Program-made: the position numbers and the translations under genes
Assembly (NCBI GenBank): GCA_934190785.1
Contig: CAKPTA010000002.1
Coordinates: 146,269-210,268 of the forward strand
Origin: an uncultured Bacilli bacterium
GTDB lineage: Bacteria > Bacillota_I > Bacilli_A > RF39 > UBA660
Length of the DNA stretch: 64,000 nt
Reading direction: 5' to 3'
The notes under the pieces: model-generated
Seen by the model: the letters and a program-made list of their open reading frames with translations, nothing else
What the model was told of the DNA's origin: nothing
The model's database searches: none
Part shown: piece by piece, positions 10,330 to 21,631 of the stretch
Layout of the letters: each line of letters begins with the position of its first letter
How positions within the stretch are numbered: the first letter of the stretch is position 1

Positions 10330-10863
10330 ATGAAGGCAACTGGTGTTGTAAGAAGAATTGATGAACTAGGAAGAATTGTAATTCCAAAGGAAATAAGAAA
10401 AACCATGCGAATAAGAGAGGGTGAAAACATTGAAATATATACAGATACAAATGATGAAATTGTTTTAAGGAAATATTCAATCATGAAAAAATTAGGAGAT
10501 TTTGCCCAAGTTTATGCTGATTCTATCAATAATTTTTTGAAAAAAAACGTTATAATCACTGATAGTGATAATATAATAGCAGCGAGTGGTGAATTAAAGA
10601 GAAATTTAATGAATAAGGAATTAAGTGATGAATTAATAAATTCAATTAAACGACGTGAAAGCATTTTAGAAAAGCATATTAAAACTTTAAAATTAACAGA
10701 AGAATTATCATTAGATTGCACTTATGTGATAGATTCAATTATTTGTAATGGTGATTCTGTTGGATTGGTTTTGATTTTTTCTAAAATAGATAAAATATCG
10801 GAAATAGATGAAAAAATAGCGCAAATAGCTGCAGAATTTTTATCTAAATATCTTGAAGCGTAA
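10330..10863 (+). CDS. spoVT: stage V sporulation protein T (SpoVT), AbrB-type swapped-hairpin N-domain plus GAF-like C-domain
   Basis: MKATGVVRRIDELGRIVIPKEIRKTMRIREGENIEIY is nearly identical to the B. subtilis SpoVT N-terminus. Length about 178 aa. RBS GGAAGAGAGG lies before the ATG at 10330. Confidence 0.85.
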   Translation: MKATGVVRRIDELGRIVIPKEIRKTMRIREGENIEIYTDTNDEIVLRKYSIMKKLGDFAQVYADSINNFLKKNVIITDSDNIIAASGELKRNLMNKELSDELINSIKRRESILEKHIKTLKLTEELSLDCTYVIDSIICNGDSVGLVLIFSKIDKISEIDEKIAQIAAEFLSKYLEA

Positions 10864-10874
10864 AAAAGTTTATG

Positions 10875-11115
10875 TTATAATTTATCCATAAAGCTGTGAT
10901 GGAAAGAAGAATATGTATGCTTGTAGAGAGTCTATGGAAGGTGTAAATAGATAGCAGAAATATTTTAAATGGTTCTGGAGCTGTATAGATGAATAGTTAG
11001 TCTATGCCGTATTCTGCGTTAAAGATTTAAGATATAGTTTATTCTATAAGTAAGGTGGTACCGCGATTTTGTTGCCCTTATATTATAGAATTTTTTTATT
11101 TATTTTACGTTTTAT
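10875..11115 (+). promoter_or_regulatory. T-box leader (tRNA-sensing riboswitch) upstream of metS
   Basis: Conserved T-box antiterminator sequence AGTAAGGTGGTACCGCG at about 11,050-11,068. It is followed by a terminator stem and a U-tract (GCGATTTTGTTGCCC...TTTTTTT). The roughly 270-nt leader precedes an aminoacyl-tRNA synthetase gene. Confidence 0.6.
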
Positions 11116-11140
11116 GGAATGGACTAAAAGGAGGAAGAAA

Positions 11141-12676
11141 ATGAAAGAAAAATTTTATATTAGTACAGCAATTGCATATACATCTGGGAAACCTCATATT
11201 GGTAATACTTATGAAATTGTTTTAGCTGATGCGATAGCACGTTATAAACGTTTAACTGGATATGATGTTTATTTTCAAACAGGAACTGATGAACATGGAC
11301 AAAAAATAGAAGAAAAAGCTAGAGAACTTGGTGTACAACCACAGGAATTTGTTGATGAAGTATCACTTGAAGTTAGAAAAATATTTGATGTTATGAATAC
11401 AAGTTATGATAAATTTATACGTACGACAAATCCACAACATGAAGAGGTAGTGCAACGTATTTTTAAAAAATTATATGATCAAGGGGATATTTATAAAGGA
11501 AAGTATGAAGGGTTATATTGTACACCTTGTGAGTCTTTCTTTACTGAAACACAACTTGTAGATGGAAAATGTCCAGATTGTGGAAGAGAAGTTGTAAAAA
11601 CAAGTGAAGAGGCATATTTTTTAAAATTAAGTAATTATAGTTCTAGGTTAGAAGAATATATTGAATCACATCCTGATTTTATACAACCAGAAAGCAGAAA
11701 AAATGAAATTATTAATAATTTTATAAAACCAGGTTTACAAGATTTATGTGTTTCACGTACATCATTTAAATGGGGAATACCTGTAACATTTGATGAAAAG
11801 CACGTTATATATGTATGGGTAGATGCTTTAACAAATTATATTACTTTTCTTGGATATGATGTTGATGGAAAAGAAAGTGAAGAGTTTAAAAAATATTGGC
11901 CTGCTGATTTACATCTAATAGGTAAGGATATTTTACGTTTTCATACAATTTATTGGCCTATTATTTTAATGGCATTAGATTTACCACTTCCTAAAAAAAT
12001 ATTTGGCCATCCATGGGTTTTATTTGGAAATGATAAAATGAGTAAAAGTAAGGGAAATATTGTATATGCAGATGATTTAGTTAATGAATATGGTGTTGAT
12101 GCTGTTAGATATTATTTACTTCATGAAATTCCATTTGCAAGTGATGGAACTTTTACTAAAGAATTATTAATTGAAAGAATAAATTCTGATTTGGCAAATA
12201 TACTAGGTAATTTAGTAAATCGTACAATTTCTATGGCACATAAATATTTAAATGGTGAAGTAATGGCACCTAGTGTTTATGAAGATATTGATAAAGAATT
12301 AATAGATTGTGTATTATCAACAAAAAGTAAAGTTGATAAAGATATGGATGATTTAAGAATAGCAAATGCCTTAGATGATATTTTTGATATTTTTAGAAGA
12401 AGTAATAAGTATATTGATGAAACAATGCCATGGGTTTTAGCACGCGATGAATCTAAAAAGGAGCGTTTACAAACTGTTTTGTATAATTTACTTGAAGCAA
12501 TTAGAAGTGGTGCAGTATTATTACAGGCTTTTTTACCAGATACGGCAGACAAAATATTTAAACAATTAAATACAGAAAATAGATTTATTGATAGTTTAGA
12601 TTTTACTGGACTTGATATAGGTATTATTTTAAATAAACCAGAACCTCTATTTTTAAGAATTGATAAAGAAAAATAA
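11141..12676 (+). CDS. metS: methionine--tRNA ligase (short form, no C-terminal EMAPII domain)
   Basis: HIGN (HIGH-type motif), KMSKS, zinc knuckle CTPCESFF...CPDCG. RBS AGGAGG lies before the ATG at 11141. Confidence 0.9.
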   Translation: MKEKFYISTAIAYTSGKPHIGNTYEIVLADAIARYKRLTGYDVYFQTGTDEHGQKIEEKARELGVQPQEFVDEVSLEVRKIFDVMNTSYDKFIRTTNPQHEEVVQRIFKKLYDQGDIYKGKYEGLYCTPCESFFTETQLVDGKCPDCGREVVKTSEEAYFLKLSNYSSRLEEYIESHPDFIQPESRKNEIINNFIKPGLQDLCVSRTSFKWGIPVTFDEKHVIYVWVDALTNYITFLGYDVDGKESEEFKKYWPADLHLIGKDILRFHTIYWPIILMALDLPLPKKIFGHPWVLFGNDKMSKSKGNIVYADDLVNEYGVDAVRYYLLHEIPFASDGTFTKELLIERINSDLANILGNLVNRTISMAHKYLNGEVMAPSVYEDIDKELIDCVLSTKSKVDKDMDDLRIANALDDIFDIFRRSNKYIDETMPWVLARDESKKERLQTVLYNLLEAIRSGAVLLQAFLPDTADKIFKQLNTENRFIDSLDFTGLDIGIILNKPEPLFLRIDKEK

Positions 12677-12796
12677 TAAAAATGTAAAATGTTGTAAATT
12701 GTCGGGCACTTTTCCTCGATTTTATTTGCTATATGACTATTTGTTTGATATATTAGTTATGTTGTTTCAAAAATTTAGATATAAAAAGGAGATAAT

Positions 12797-12982
12797 ATGT
12801 CAAACGATGATGTTAAAGAATCGAGGGCTGTTAGATTTGTGTGTATAATAGGTGCTTTACTTTTTTTAGGAAGCATCTTATCTGATTTAGATTTTTTAGG
12901 AGCATTTTATTTATTCTCTGTTTCAGTATTTGTTATTAGATATTTTATTGCAAAGAGAAAAATAAAAATGAGTAGTAAGTAG
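12797..12982 (+). CDS. small hypothetical membrane protein
   Basis: 61 aa with two predicted TM helices. RBS AAAGGAG. A perfect hairpin terminator (AAATTATATCA/TGATATAATTT plus T-run, 12985-13017) follows. Confidence 0.3.
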   Translation: MSNDDVKESRAVRFVCIIGALLFLGSILSDLDFLGAFYLFSVSVFVIRYFIAKRKIKMSSK

Positions 12983-13025
12983 AAAATTATATCAAAAAAT
13001 GATATAATTTTTTTGGTGAAGAAAT

Positions 13026-13781
13026 ATGCTTATAGATACACATTGTCATATATTTAACGAATATTATGATGATATAGAAGAATTAGTTGATGAGATGCAT
13101 GATGGCATAATTATTGTAAGTGGCGATAATAAAGATAGTAATAAAGAAGTATTAGAATTATGTCAAAAATATGATAATGTTTATGGTACAGTTGGCTATC
13201 ATCCTGAATTTGCTAAAACAACGTCATTGCATGATTTAGATGTATTAGAAACGTATCTTAATTGTGATAAGATTGTTGGTGTGGGTGAAATAGGTCTTGA
13301 TTATCACTATAATAAAGATGATAAACAAGAGCAAATAGATTTATTTAAAAAACAGATTTTTCTTGCACAAAAATATAAAAAACCAATCGTCGTTCACAGT
13401 AGAGATGCAGCAGAAGATACATATGATGTTTTGTCAGAAAATCTAAATGGAAATAAGTGTATTATGCATTGTTATAGTTATAGTGTTCAAATGGCTTATA
13501 AATTTAAAAAACTTGGAATTAAATTTGGTGTAGGTGGAACACTAACTTTTAAAAATAATAGAAAAACAGTAGAGGTTGTATCTGACCTTAATTTAACAGA
13601 TTTTGTATTAGAAACTGATAGTCCATTTTTGACACCAGAGCCATATCGTGGAAAAAATAATAGACCATACTATGTTTCTATTGTTGCAAAAAAAATAGCA
13701 GAATTGAAAAATACATCATATGATAAAGTTGTTGAAGCAACATCACAAACGGCAAAGAGTGTGTTTGACTTGATGTTATAA
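13026..13781 (+). CDS. tatD: TatD family metal-dependent DNase/hydrolase (YabD)
   Basis: MLIDTHCHI N-terminus plus conserved His/Asp/Glu metal ligands. 251 aa. Position after metS matches Bacillus. Confidence 0.9.
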   Translation: MLIDTHCHIFNEYYDDIEELVDEMHDGIIIVSGDNKDSNKEVLELCQKYDNVYGTVGYHPEFAKTTSLHDLDVLETYLNCDKIVGVGEIGLDYHYNKDDKQEQIDLFKKQIFLAQKYKKPIVVHSRDAAEDTYDVLSENLNGNKCIMHCYSYSVQMAYKFKKLGIKFGVGGTLTFKNNRKTVEVVSDLNLTDFVLETDSPFLTPEPYRGKNNRPYYVSIVAKKIAELKNTSYDKVVEATSQTAKSVFDLML

Positions 13782-13826
13782 TTGTGCTAAACTTTAGCTA
13801 TATTTTACTAGTGTATGAGGTGTGAT

Positions 13827-14522
13827 ATGAACTTATATGTTTTGCAGGTAATTTACAAATGGTTAAGCATAGTATTTGTTTCATTAATGTCTTTTTTTCG
13901 TATTGGTAACTATAAAGATAATAATATTTTAATAACAAATGTAAATCAAGAAAAAAATGTAGATGTTATAAGTACAGTTACACATTATGAGACTGAGTAT
14001 ATTTATAATCCTAAAATGCCTTATAATTTGTCAAAAGTAATTAAACCAGGCGTTCTTGGTGTTTCATATTTTGATAATGGCGAAACACATGTTGTTGAAT
14101 CGGTACAAAATGAAATTGTAGAAGTAGGAACAGGATCATATGGTCTTTTCAAAGGGAAACTAACTGGTTATAGTGCTTATTGCGCAGGTTGTAGCAAGCT
14201 CGGTAATGTAGCATGTTTGACTAGTGATAAAAAGAAACATAGTTTGATAACTGATGGAATTTATTATGATGATTCTGAATATGGTAAAATTCGTATTTTA
14301 TCAACAGCAAAATATTTTCCTTGTGGAACAATTATTAAAGTTACAAACAAAAATTTTAATTCTTTTTATGCAATTGTGTTAGATCGTGGAAGCTCTATGA
14401 ATACAGCGTGGCAAAATGGAAAAGTGTGGATGGATTTGGCTTATGAATCTAATGATATGACAAAAACAGATGGATTAATCGGAAATGATATAGAATTTAG
14501 TGTACAAAGATGGGGTTGGTAG
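13827..14522 (+). CDS. 3D-domain (MltA-like double-psi beta-barrel) protein, YabE-like
   Basis: N-terminal TM segment. C-terminal region with conserved Asp residues (VLDRGSS...WMDLAYES) resembles 3D domains. Position between tatD and ksgA matches yabE. Start ambiguous (13815 or 13827). Confidence 0.45.
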   Translation: MNLYVLQVIYKWLSIVFVSLMSFFRIGNYKDNNILITNVNQEKNVDVISTVTHYETEYIYNPKMPYNLSKVIKPGVLGVSYFDNGETHVVESVQNEIVEVGTGSYGLFKGKLTGYSAYCAGCSKLGNVACLTSDKKKHSLITDGIYYDDSEYGKIRILSTAKYFPCGTIIKVTNKNFNSFYAIVLDRGSSMNTAWQNGKVWMDLAYESNDMTKTDGLIGNDIEFSVQRWGW

Positions 14523-14545
14523 ACCTTAAATTAGGCGGTGATATA

Positions 14546-15376
14546 ATGGAGTATTCTCCAAAAAAAATGCAAAATAATTTAAATAGTTACAATTTTCATT
14601 TTAAAAAGAATTTTGGTCAAAATTTTATTGTAGATGAAAATGTTATAAATAGTATAATTGAAAAATCAAATATTGATAAAAATACGTTAGTTATAGAAAT
14701 AGGCCCAGGTGCAGGTTCACTAACTTCGAAATTATCTAAATATGCAAAAAATGTTTTGTGTTATGAGATTGATAATACTTTAGAAGAAGTACTTTGTACT
14801 AATTTAGATGTTGATAATGTTGATATTATATTTGGTGATTTTTTAAAGTGTGATGTTATTTCAGATATAAAAAAATATAATTATGATAAATTATATATTA
14901 TTGCAAATTTACCATACTATATTACAACACCAATTATAATGAAGATAATAGAAGATAAACTTCCAGTTTCAAAGCTTGTTATTATGGTACAAAAGGAAGT
15001 TGGTGATAGATTTAAGGCTAGTCCAGGTTCTAAAGATTACAATTCTTTATCAATTTTTTTGCAGTATCATTTTCAAATAAAAAAACTACTTGATGTTAGT
15101 AGAAATGTATTTCTTCCAAAACCTAATGTTGATAGTATAGTAGTTGAATTTAAGAAAATTGATAAAAAATATGTTGTTAATGATGAAGATTTATTATTTA
15201 GGTTGATAAAAGATAGTTTTACGCAGAAAAGAAAAACTTTACGAAATAATTTAAAAAAATATGACTTAAATATTATTGCTAGTGTTTTAGAAAAGTATAA
15301 TTTGGATTTGTCTGTGAGAGCTGAACAACTTTCATTAGAACAATTTATAGATATAGCAAATGCATTATCAAATTAA
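14546..15376 (+). CDS. rsmA: 16S rRNA (adenine1518/1519-N6)-dimethyltransferase RsmA/KsgA
   Basis: FHFKKNFGQNFIVDENVI and the SAM motif EIGPGAGSLT. Confidence 0.9.
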   Translation: MEYSPKKMQNNLNSYNFHFKKNFGQNFIVDENVINSIIEKSNIDKNTLVIEIGPGAGSLTSKLSKYAKNVLCYEIDNTLEEVLCTNLDVDNVDIIFGDFLKCDVISDIKKYNYDKLYIIANLPYYITTPIIMKIIEDKLPVSKLVIMVQKEVGDRFKASPGSKDYNSLSIFLQYHFQIKKLLDVSRNVFLPKPNVDSIVVEFKKIDKKYVVNDEDLLFRLIKDSFTQKRKTLRNNLKKYDLNIIASVLEKYNLDLSVRAEQLSLEQFIDIANALSN

Positions 15377-15429
15377 ACAGTTTAGGACTGTTTTTTTTTA
15401 ATGTTAATATATTTATATAGGGTGATATA

Positions 15430-16686
15430 ATGTTGACAATTACACATAAAGTTCTTTGGGCTATTGCTACATCTATGATTCTTTTATCAAGTGTATATTA
15501 TTCTATAAAATTAAAATGGAAACAATTTAAGATATTTTCATTATTTAAAGAAATTTTTAATAAAAAAAATAAAAATTCTTATGATGCTTTAATGCTTACA
15601 CTTGCCGGCAGAATTGGTGTTGGAAGTATTGCAGGGATAGCTTTAGGAATATATATTGGTGGAGTTGGAACTATCTTTTGGCTTTGGGTAACAACATTTA
15701 TTGTTTCTATTTTGTCTTATGTTGAAACAATTTTGGGAATTAAATATCAAGAAAAAAATAATGTTTGTGTAGGAGGTCCAAGTTATTACATAAAAAATGG
15801 GTTAAATAATAGTAATTTAGCTACTTTGTATGCTATTTTAATAATTGTATGTTATGTTGGTGGCTTTTTAGGAATTCAAGCAAATACAATTACGAAAGGT
15901 TTTAATTCATTTATTGTAGTACCTAATTATATTACTGCAATTATGTTGGCAATATTAACCTCTTTATGTATATTTAGAGGACTAAATTCTATAACTAAAA
16001 TAACTAGTAAATTGGTTCCTTTTATGACAATATTTTACTTGGTTTTATGTGTTTATGTATTATGTGTTAATAGCACACAAATACCAGAAATAATATGTAA
16101 TATATTTAAATCGGCTTTTGGAATAGAACCAATAACAGGTGGAATAATTTCAACTTGTATTATAGGATTACAACGTGGAATATTTTCAAATGAAGCAGGT
16201 CTTGGGACAGGAAGTATTACTTCATCAATTTGTGATAAAAAAGATATTGAAAAACAAGCTTGTTTACAAGTTATAGGTGTATATATTACAAGCTTATTAA
16301 TTTGTACAGCTACTGCTTTTTTTATAATGACAACTGATTATATTGATATATCTTTTACTGATATGAATGGGATCGAACTTATGCAGCAGGCTTTTTCATA
16401 TCATTTTGGCTGTATTGGTGAACTTTTGCTTTTAATTTTTATATTTTTATTTGCTTTTTCCACCATTTTGACGGGTTACTATTACGGTGAAGCAGCCCTT
16501 TTATTTATTTTGAAGAAAAGAAATAGCGTAATGATATTTATTTTGAAATTGATTACATTAATTGTTATATTGATTGGATGTATTATTAAATCAACTACTT
16601 TATGGTTATTTGTTGATATATTAGTTTCTCTTTTGGCAATTATAAATATTTATGCTTTATTGAAGCTATCTTATATAGTTAAATAG
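15430..16686 (+). CDS. alanine/glycine:cation symporter (AGCS) family transporter
   Basis: 418 aa polytopic membrane protein with the AGCS signature GLQRGIFSNEAGLGTGS. Confidence 0.7.
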   Translation: MLTITHKVLWAIATSMILLSSVYYSIKLKWKQFKIFSLFKEIFNKKNKNSYDALMLTLAGRIGVGSIAGIALGIYIGGVGTIFWLWVTTFIVSILSYVETILGIKYQEKNNVCVGGPSYYIKNGLNNSNLATLYAILIIVCYVGGFLGIQANTITKGFNSFIVVPNYITAIMLAILTSLCIFRGLNSITKITSKLVPFMTIFYLVLCVYVLCVNSTQIPEIICNIFKSAFGIEPITGGIISTCIIGLQRGIFSNEAGLGTGSITSSICDKKDIEKQACLQVIGVYITSLLICTATAFFIMTTDYIDISFTDMNGIELMQQAFSYHFGCIGELLLLIFIFLFAFSTILTGYYYGEAALLFILKKRNSVMIFILKLITLIVILIGCIIKSTTLWLFVDILVSLLAIINIYALLKLSYIVK

Positions 16687-16764
16687 TTGTATAGATACTA
16701 TTAGTGTATGCTCGAATATTGTTTTTACATTGATAATTATGATAGAATATTATTGGTGTTGTAT

Positions 16765-17415
16765 ATGATAAATAGAATGTGGGATAAAGTTTTACAAAAA
16801 GAATTTACAAGTGATTATTTTAGAAAGTTAGGAATTTTTGTTAAATCAGAATATAAAAGCAAGATAATATATCCTGAATATGAACATATATTTGATGCAT
16901 TTAGGTATACTGATTATGATCAAGTTAAGGTTGTAATTTTAGGACAGGATCCATATCATGGTGAAGGAGAGGCACATGGTTTATCATTTTCTGTTCGAGA
17001 GGGGGTAAAAATGCCACCTTCACTAAGAAATATATTTAAGGAATTAGAAGATGATGTTGGTGTAAAAAGAACACAAACTAATTTAGTAGATTGGGCTAAG
17101 CAAGGTGTTTTGCTTTTGAATTCAATTATGACAGTTGTAAAAGATAGTCCATTGTCTCACAAGGATAAAGGATGGGAAATTTTTACTGATAATGTTATTA
17201 AAGAACTAGGAAAAAGAGAAAAGCCTATGGTATTTATATTATGGGGAAGTTATGCAAGAAGTAAAAAAGTATTGATTGAAAACAAAAATCATTTAATTAT
17301 AGAGTGTGTTCACCCATCTCCATTATCTGCAAATCGTGGCTTTTTCGGAAGTAAACCATTTTCTAAAACAAATGCTTTTTTAAGAAAAAATAATATGGAA
17401 GAAATAAAATGGTAG
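16765..17415 (+). CDS. ung: uracil-DNA glycosylase (family 1)
   Basis: Water-activating loop GQDPYHG, GLSFSV, and a C-terminal HPSPLS motif. Start uncertain (16708, 16765 or 16777). Confidence 0.85.
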   Translation: MINRMWDKVLQKEFTSDYFRKLGIFVKSEYKSKIIYPEYEHIFDAFRYTDYDQVKVVILGQDPYHGEGEAHGLSFSVREGVKMPPSLRNIFKELEDDVGVKRTQTNLVDWAKQGVLLLNSIMTVVKDSPLSHKDKGWEIFTDNVIKELGKREKPMVFILWGSYARSKKVLIENKNHLIIECVHPSPLSANRGFFGSKPFSKTNAFLRKNNMEEIKW

Positions 17416-17424
17416 GAGGATATT

Positions 17425-18753
17425 ATGGAAGAAGCTTATAATTATTTATTGAATTCAATTGATTTGAAGTATGGTGATAGTGTTGTTGTTGCTGTTAGTG
17501 GTGGACCAGATTCTATGGCTCTTTTGTATCTTTTGTCAAAACTTAGAAAGGCAATTGATATTACTATCGTTGTCGCACATGTTAACCATAATACAAATCG
17601 TCCAGGTCAATTAGAAGAGCAAAAATATGTGGAAAAATTTTGTATGATTAATAATATTATTTTTGAAGGAATGGTTATTGATGATTATGGAGATGATAAT
17701 TTCGAAAATGAAGCAAGAACAAAAAGATATGCATATTTTGAGACAATTATAAAAAAATATAAAGCTAAATATCTTTTTACTGCTCATCATGGAGATGATT
17801 TAATTGAGACTATTTTAATGCGTATTGTAAGGGGATCAACATTAAGAGGATATAGTGGATTTTCTAAAGTCATAAAAAGAGATGGGTATACTTTAATAAG
17901 ACCACTTATAGAAGTTACAAAAGATGAAATTGTAGCTTTTAACAAAAAAAATAAAATTCATTATTTTATAGATTCTACAAATTTAGAAGATATACATACT
18001 AGAAATCGTTTTAGAAAATATATTGTACCAGCATTAAAAAAGGAAGATAAAAATGTCCATAAAAAATTTTATAAATTTAGTCGTACATTATTAGAATATA
18101 ATGACTACATAGATAGAACCGTAAAGAGTATTTTACCTTCTATTTACATTCAAGGTATTTTAAATGTTGATAAGTTTAAAACTTTAGAACAGATCTTGCA
18201 AATGAAAGTAATTTATTTTATTTTAGAGCAAATATATCAAGATGATTTATTGCTTATAACTGATCATCATGCTCTTTTACTAAAACAATTAATTTTGTCA
18301 AGAAAAGCCAATACATATATATATTTACCTAATAATTTAAAAGCCATTAAGTCATATAATATGGTTACATTTGCATTTGAAAAAGTAAAAAAAGATTCCT
18401 ATGAGATAGAGATTATTAAGTATTTAAATTTACCTAATGGAAAAAATATTGAGGTTATAGAAGAATCAAATAAAGACAATAATAACATATGTAGACTATC
18501 TAGTGATAGTGTAAAATTTCCTTTACGTGTTAGAACAAGAAAAGATGGCGATAAAATGTACGTTAAAGGTATGCTTGGAAGAAAAAAGATAAATGATATT
18601 TTTATTGATGCTAAAATACCAACACATGAACGTGATATATGGCCTGTTGTTGTTGATTCTAATGATATGGTAGTTTGGCTTCCAGGATTAAAAAAATCAA
18701 AATTTGACAAAACAAAAACAGAAAAGTATGATATAATACTAAAGTATTATTAA
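17425..18753 (+). CDS. tilS: tRNA(Ile)-lysidine synthetase TilS
   Basis: PP-loop VAVSGGPDSMALL. 442 aa. Upstream of ftsH as in Bacillus. Confidence 0.85.
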   Translation: MEEAYNYLLNSIDLKYGDSVVVAVSGGPDSMALLYLLSKLRKAIDITIVVAHVNHNTNRPGQLEEQKYVEKFCMINNIIFEGMVIDDYGDDNFENEARTKRYAYFETIIKKYKAKYLFTAHHGDDLIETILMRIVRGSTLRGYSGFSKVIKRDGYTLIRPLIEVTKDEIVAFNKKNKIHYFIDSTNLEDIHTRNRFRKYIVPALKKEDKNVHKKFYKFSRTLLEYNDYIDRTVKSILPSIYIQGILNVDKFKTLEQILQMKVIYFILEQIYQDDLLLITDHHALLLKQLILSRKANTYIYLPNNLKAIKSYNMVTFAFEKVKKDSYEIEIIKYLNLPNGKNIEVIEESNKDNNNICRLSSDSVKFPLRVRTRKDGDKMYVKGMLGRKKINDIFIDAKIPTHERDIWPVVVDSNDMVVWLPGLKKSKFDKTKTEKYDIILKYY

Positions 18754-18768
18754 GGAAGGAGCAGTTTA

Positions 18769-20757
18769 ATGAATAAGAAAAATATAAAACGTGGGCTGAT
18801 GCCATATTTATTTATTACAATTGTTATGCTAGGTTTACTTTATTTTGTAAATTTTGCAAATACGAAAGTTAATTTAATAACTTATGATGAATTTATGACA
18901 GAAGTGTCAAAAGAAAATGTAAAAGAAGTTGTTTTAACTCCTAGAAGTAGAGCAGGAGTTTATGAAGTGACTGGTACATTAAAAGGATATAGTGATGGTG
19001 AAACATTCTTCTTTAGAGTACCTTTAGCAGAAGAATCGATATCAAAGTTAGTAGAAGCTTCTGAAAATAGTAAATTTACTATTGATACTACTACTGATCC
19101 AGAATCAAGCACAATATTATTATTTCTTGTAAATGTATTACCTCTTGTTATTTTAGTAGGTGTTGCTTTCTTCTTTATATCTAGACAAATGGGTACTGCT
19201 AATAAATCTATGGATTTTGGTAAAAGTAGAGCTCGTTTGAATGAAGATAGTAAGAAAGTTACATTTAAGCAAGTAGCAGGATTAGATGAAGAAAAAGAAG
19301 AGGTTGCAGAACTAATTGACTTTTTACGTAATCCTAAAAAATTTCAAAAACTTGGTGCAAGAATTCCAAAGGGTGTATTACTTGTTGGTCCACCAGGAAC
19401 AGGAAAAACTTTATTAGCTCGTGCAGTAGCTGGAGAGGCTAATGTTCCATTTTATTACATAAGTGGATCTGATTTTGTTGAATTATTTGTCGGTGTTGGT
19501 GCTAGTCGTGTTCGTGATATGTTTAAACAAGCCAAACACAATGCCCCATGTTTAATATTTATTGATGAAATAGATGCAGTTGGTCGTCAAAGAGGTGCAG
19601 GATTAGGTGGAGGACACGATGAACGTGAACAAACTCTAAATCAATTACTAACCGAAATGGATGGTTTTGGAGCTAATGAGGGAATTATAATCATTGCTGC
19701 AACTAACCGCCCTGATGTTTTGGATCCAGCACTTCTTAGACCAGGTAGATTTGATAGACAAGTAACTGTTAATTTACCAGATTGTAAAGGTCGAGAAGAA
19801 ATTTTAGCTGTTCATGCTGAAAATAAAGTTTTTGCTAAAAATGTAAATTTAAAAAACATTGCAAAAAGAACAGTAGGTTTTAGTGGAGCAGATCTTGAAA
19901 ATTTACTTAATGAAGCGGCTTTATTAGCTGTTCGCAGAAATAAGAAATGTATCACAATGGCAGAAATAGATGAGGCGCAAGATAGAGTTTTAATGGGACC
20001 TGCTAAAAAGTCACATAAATATACAGAACATGAGAAGAAAGTTGTTGCTTATCATGAAGCTGGGCATGCTGTTATGGGAATAAAATTGGATGGAGCTAAT
20101 GCTGTTCAAAAAATAACAATAATTCCAAGAGGTGAAGCTGGTGGTTATAACCTAATGCTTCCAAAAGAAGAAAAATATTTATCAACAAAAAATGAATTGT
20201 TAGAAAGTATTAGTGGTCTTCTAGGAGGACGTGTTGCTGAGGAAGTTGTATTTAATGAAGTTACAACAGGTGCTCATAATGATTTTGAGAAAGCAACAAA
20301 AATTGCCCGTGCAATGGTTACTGAATATGGAATGAGTGACTTAGGACCTGTTCAATTCGAACATCAAGAATCAAGTGTATTTTTAGGTAGAGATTATAAT
20401 AAAAGTCGTAATTTCTCGAGTCAAGTTGCTTTTGAAATTGATCAAGAACAGAGAAAAATAATTGGGGAATGTTACGATAAAACTAAGAAAATTATTTCTG
20501 AAAATCGCGATTTACTAGATTTAATTGCTAATGCACTTCTTGAAAAAGAAACTATTACAAAAGAAGAAATTGATTATTTAATTGAACATAAATGTTTACC
20601 TGATACAGATACAGAAGTAGATGCATCTGATTTTAAAGACGCAAGTTTAGACGATTTAAAATTAAATGAATTAAAAGAATTAGCACGTGAAAAAGGTATA
20701 AAAGGTTATTCTTCAATGGATAAAGAGGAACTAAAAAAAAGATTAGAGGATGAATAA
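18769..20757 (+). CDS. ftsH: ATP-dependent zinc metalloprotease FtsH
   Basis: Two N-terminal TM segments. AAA+ Walker A GPPGTGKT, Walker [10 protein letters not shown], second region of homology, zinc-binding HEAGHA. Confidence 0.95.
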   Translation: MNKKNIKRGLMPYLFITIVMLGLLYFVNFANTKVNLITYDEFMTEVSKENVKEVVLTPRSRAGVYEVTGTLKGYSDGETFFFRVPLAEESISKLVEASENSKFTIDTTTDPESSTILLFLVNVLPLVILVGVAFFFISRQMGTANKSMDFGKSRARLNEDSKKVTFKQVAGLDEEKEEVAELIDFLRNPKKFQKLGARIPKGVLLVGPPGTGKTLLARAVAGEANVPFYYISGSDFVELFVGVGASRVRDMFKQAKHNAPCLIFIDEIDAVGRQRGAGLGGGHDEREQTLNQLLTEMDGFGANEGIIIIAATNRPDVLDPALLRPGRFDRQVTVNLPDCKGREEILAVHAENKVFAKNVNLKNIAKRTVGFSGADLENLLNEAALLAVRRNKKCITMAEIDEAQDRVLMGPAKKSHKYTEHEKKVVAYHEAGHAVMGIKLDGANAVQKITIIPRGEAGGYNLMLPKEEKYLSTKNELLESISGLLGGRVAEEVVFNEVTTGAHNDFEKATKIARAMVTEYGMSDLGPVQFEHQESSVFLGRDYNKSRNFSSQVAFEIDQEQRKIIGECYDKTKKIISENRDLLDLIANALLEKETITKEEIDYLIEHKCLPDTDTEVDASDFKDASLDDLKLNELKELAREKGIKGYSSMDKEELKKRLEDE

Positions 20758-20833
20758 TTCTCTAATTTTTTAAATTCAATAGCAATATTTATTAAACTAT
20801 GGTAAAATGTATACTGGATTATGTAGTTAGAAA

Positions 20834-21631
20834 ATGGTGATAGATGTGGGAAAAATAATAGCTTTAGTAAATCAGAAGGGTGGAGTTGGTAAAACGACAT
20901 CAAGTATCAATTTAGCCGCTTCATTGGGTGTTTTAAAGAAAAAAGCACTTCTTGTTGATTTAGATCCACAAGGAAATTCAACAACTGGTGTTGGAATTAG
21001 TAAAACTGATTATTCAAAAAGTATATATGAATTATTAAAAGATGAGGCAACATTAAAAGAAGTAATCATTAAAACAAAATTTAAAAATTTATATGTTATT
21101 CCAGCAACAATTAATTTAGCTGGTATTGATTTTGAATTGATGGAAAAAAGTAAGGCTGATCCAGAATTTGTAAGAGGACAACAACTAAAAAAATACATGG
21201 ATGAAGCCAAAGAATTATTTGATTATGTTATAATTGATTGCCCTCCATCACTTGGAATATTAACAACTAATGCACTTACAGCTGCCGATTCTGTAATTAT
21301 ACCTGTTCAATGTGAATTTTTCGCACTTGAAGGGATTATGCAACTTTTAAATACAATTATGTTAGCTCAAAAAAATTTAAATCCAACTTTAAATATAGAG
21401 GGTGTACTTTTAACAATGCTAGATAGTAGAACTAATTTGGGACTTGAAGTAGTAGAAGATATTCGTAGCTATTTTAAAGAAAGAGTTTATGAAACAATTA
21501 TTCCTCGTCTTGTTAAATTATCTGAAGCACCTAGCCATGGTAAACCAATAATTTCTTATGAGCCACAAAGTAGGGGGGCAGAGGCTTATCTAAATTTAGC
21601 TAAGGAAGTGATTGAAAGAAATGGAAACTAA
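20834..21631 (+). CDS. soj: ParA/Soj family chromosome partitioning ATPase
   Basis: Deviant Walker A KGGVGKTT. 265 aa. Followed by parB. Confidence 0.85.
   Translation: MVIDVGKIIALVNQKGGVGKTTSSINLAASLGVLKKKALLVDLDPQGNSTTGVGISKTDYSKSIYELLKDEATLKEVIIKTKFKNLYVIPATINLAGIDFELMEKSKADPEFVRGQQLKKYMDEAKELFDYVIIDCPPSLGILTTNALTAADSVIIPVQCEFFALEGIMQLLNTIMLAQKNLNPTLNIEGVLLTMLDSRTNLGLEVVEDIRSYFKERVYETIIPRLVKLSEAPSHGKPIISYEPQSRGAEAYLNLAKEVIERNGN

Noticed and set aside
10259-10484. Two overlapping minus-strand small ORFs upstream of or within the spoVT start
   Set aside because: They overlap each other and the spoVT promoter and N-terminus. They are hydrophobic, low-complexity translations of an AT-rich region. 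No RBS.
12660-12848. 62-aa ORF overlapping the metS stop
   Set aside because: It starts inside the metS 3-prime end with no RBS. Its translation is not protein-like. The region more likely holds the metS terminator and the promoter of the following small gene.
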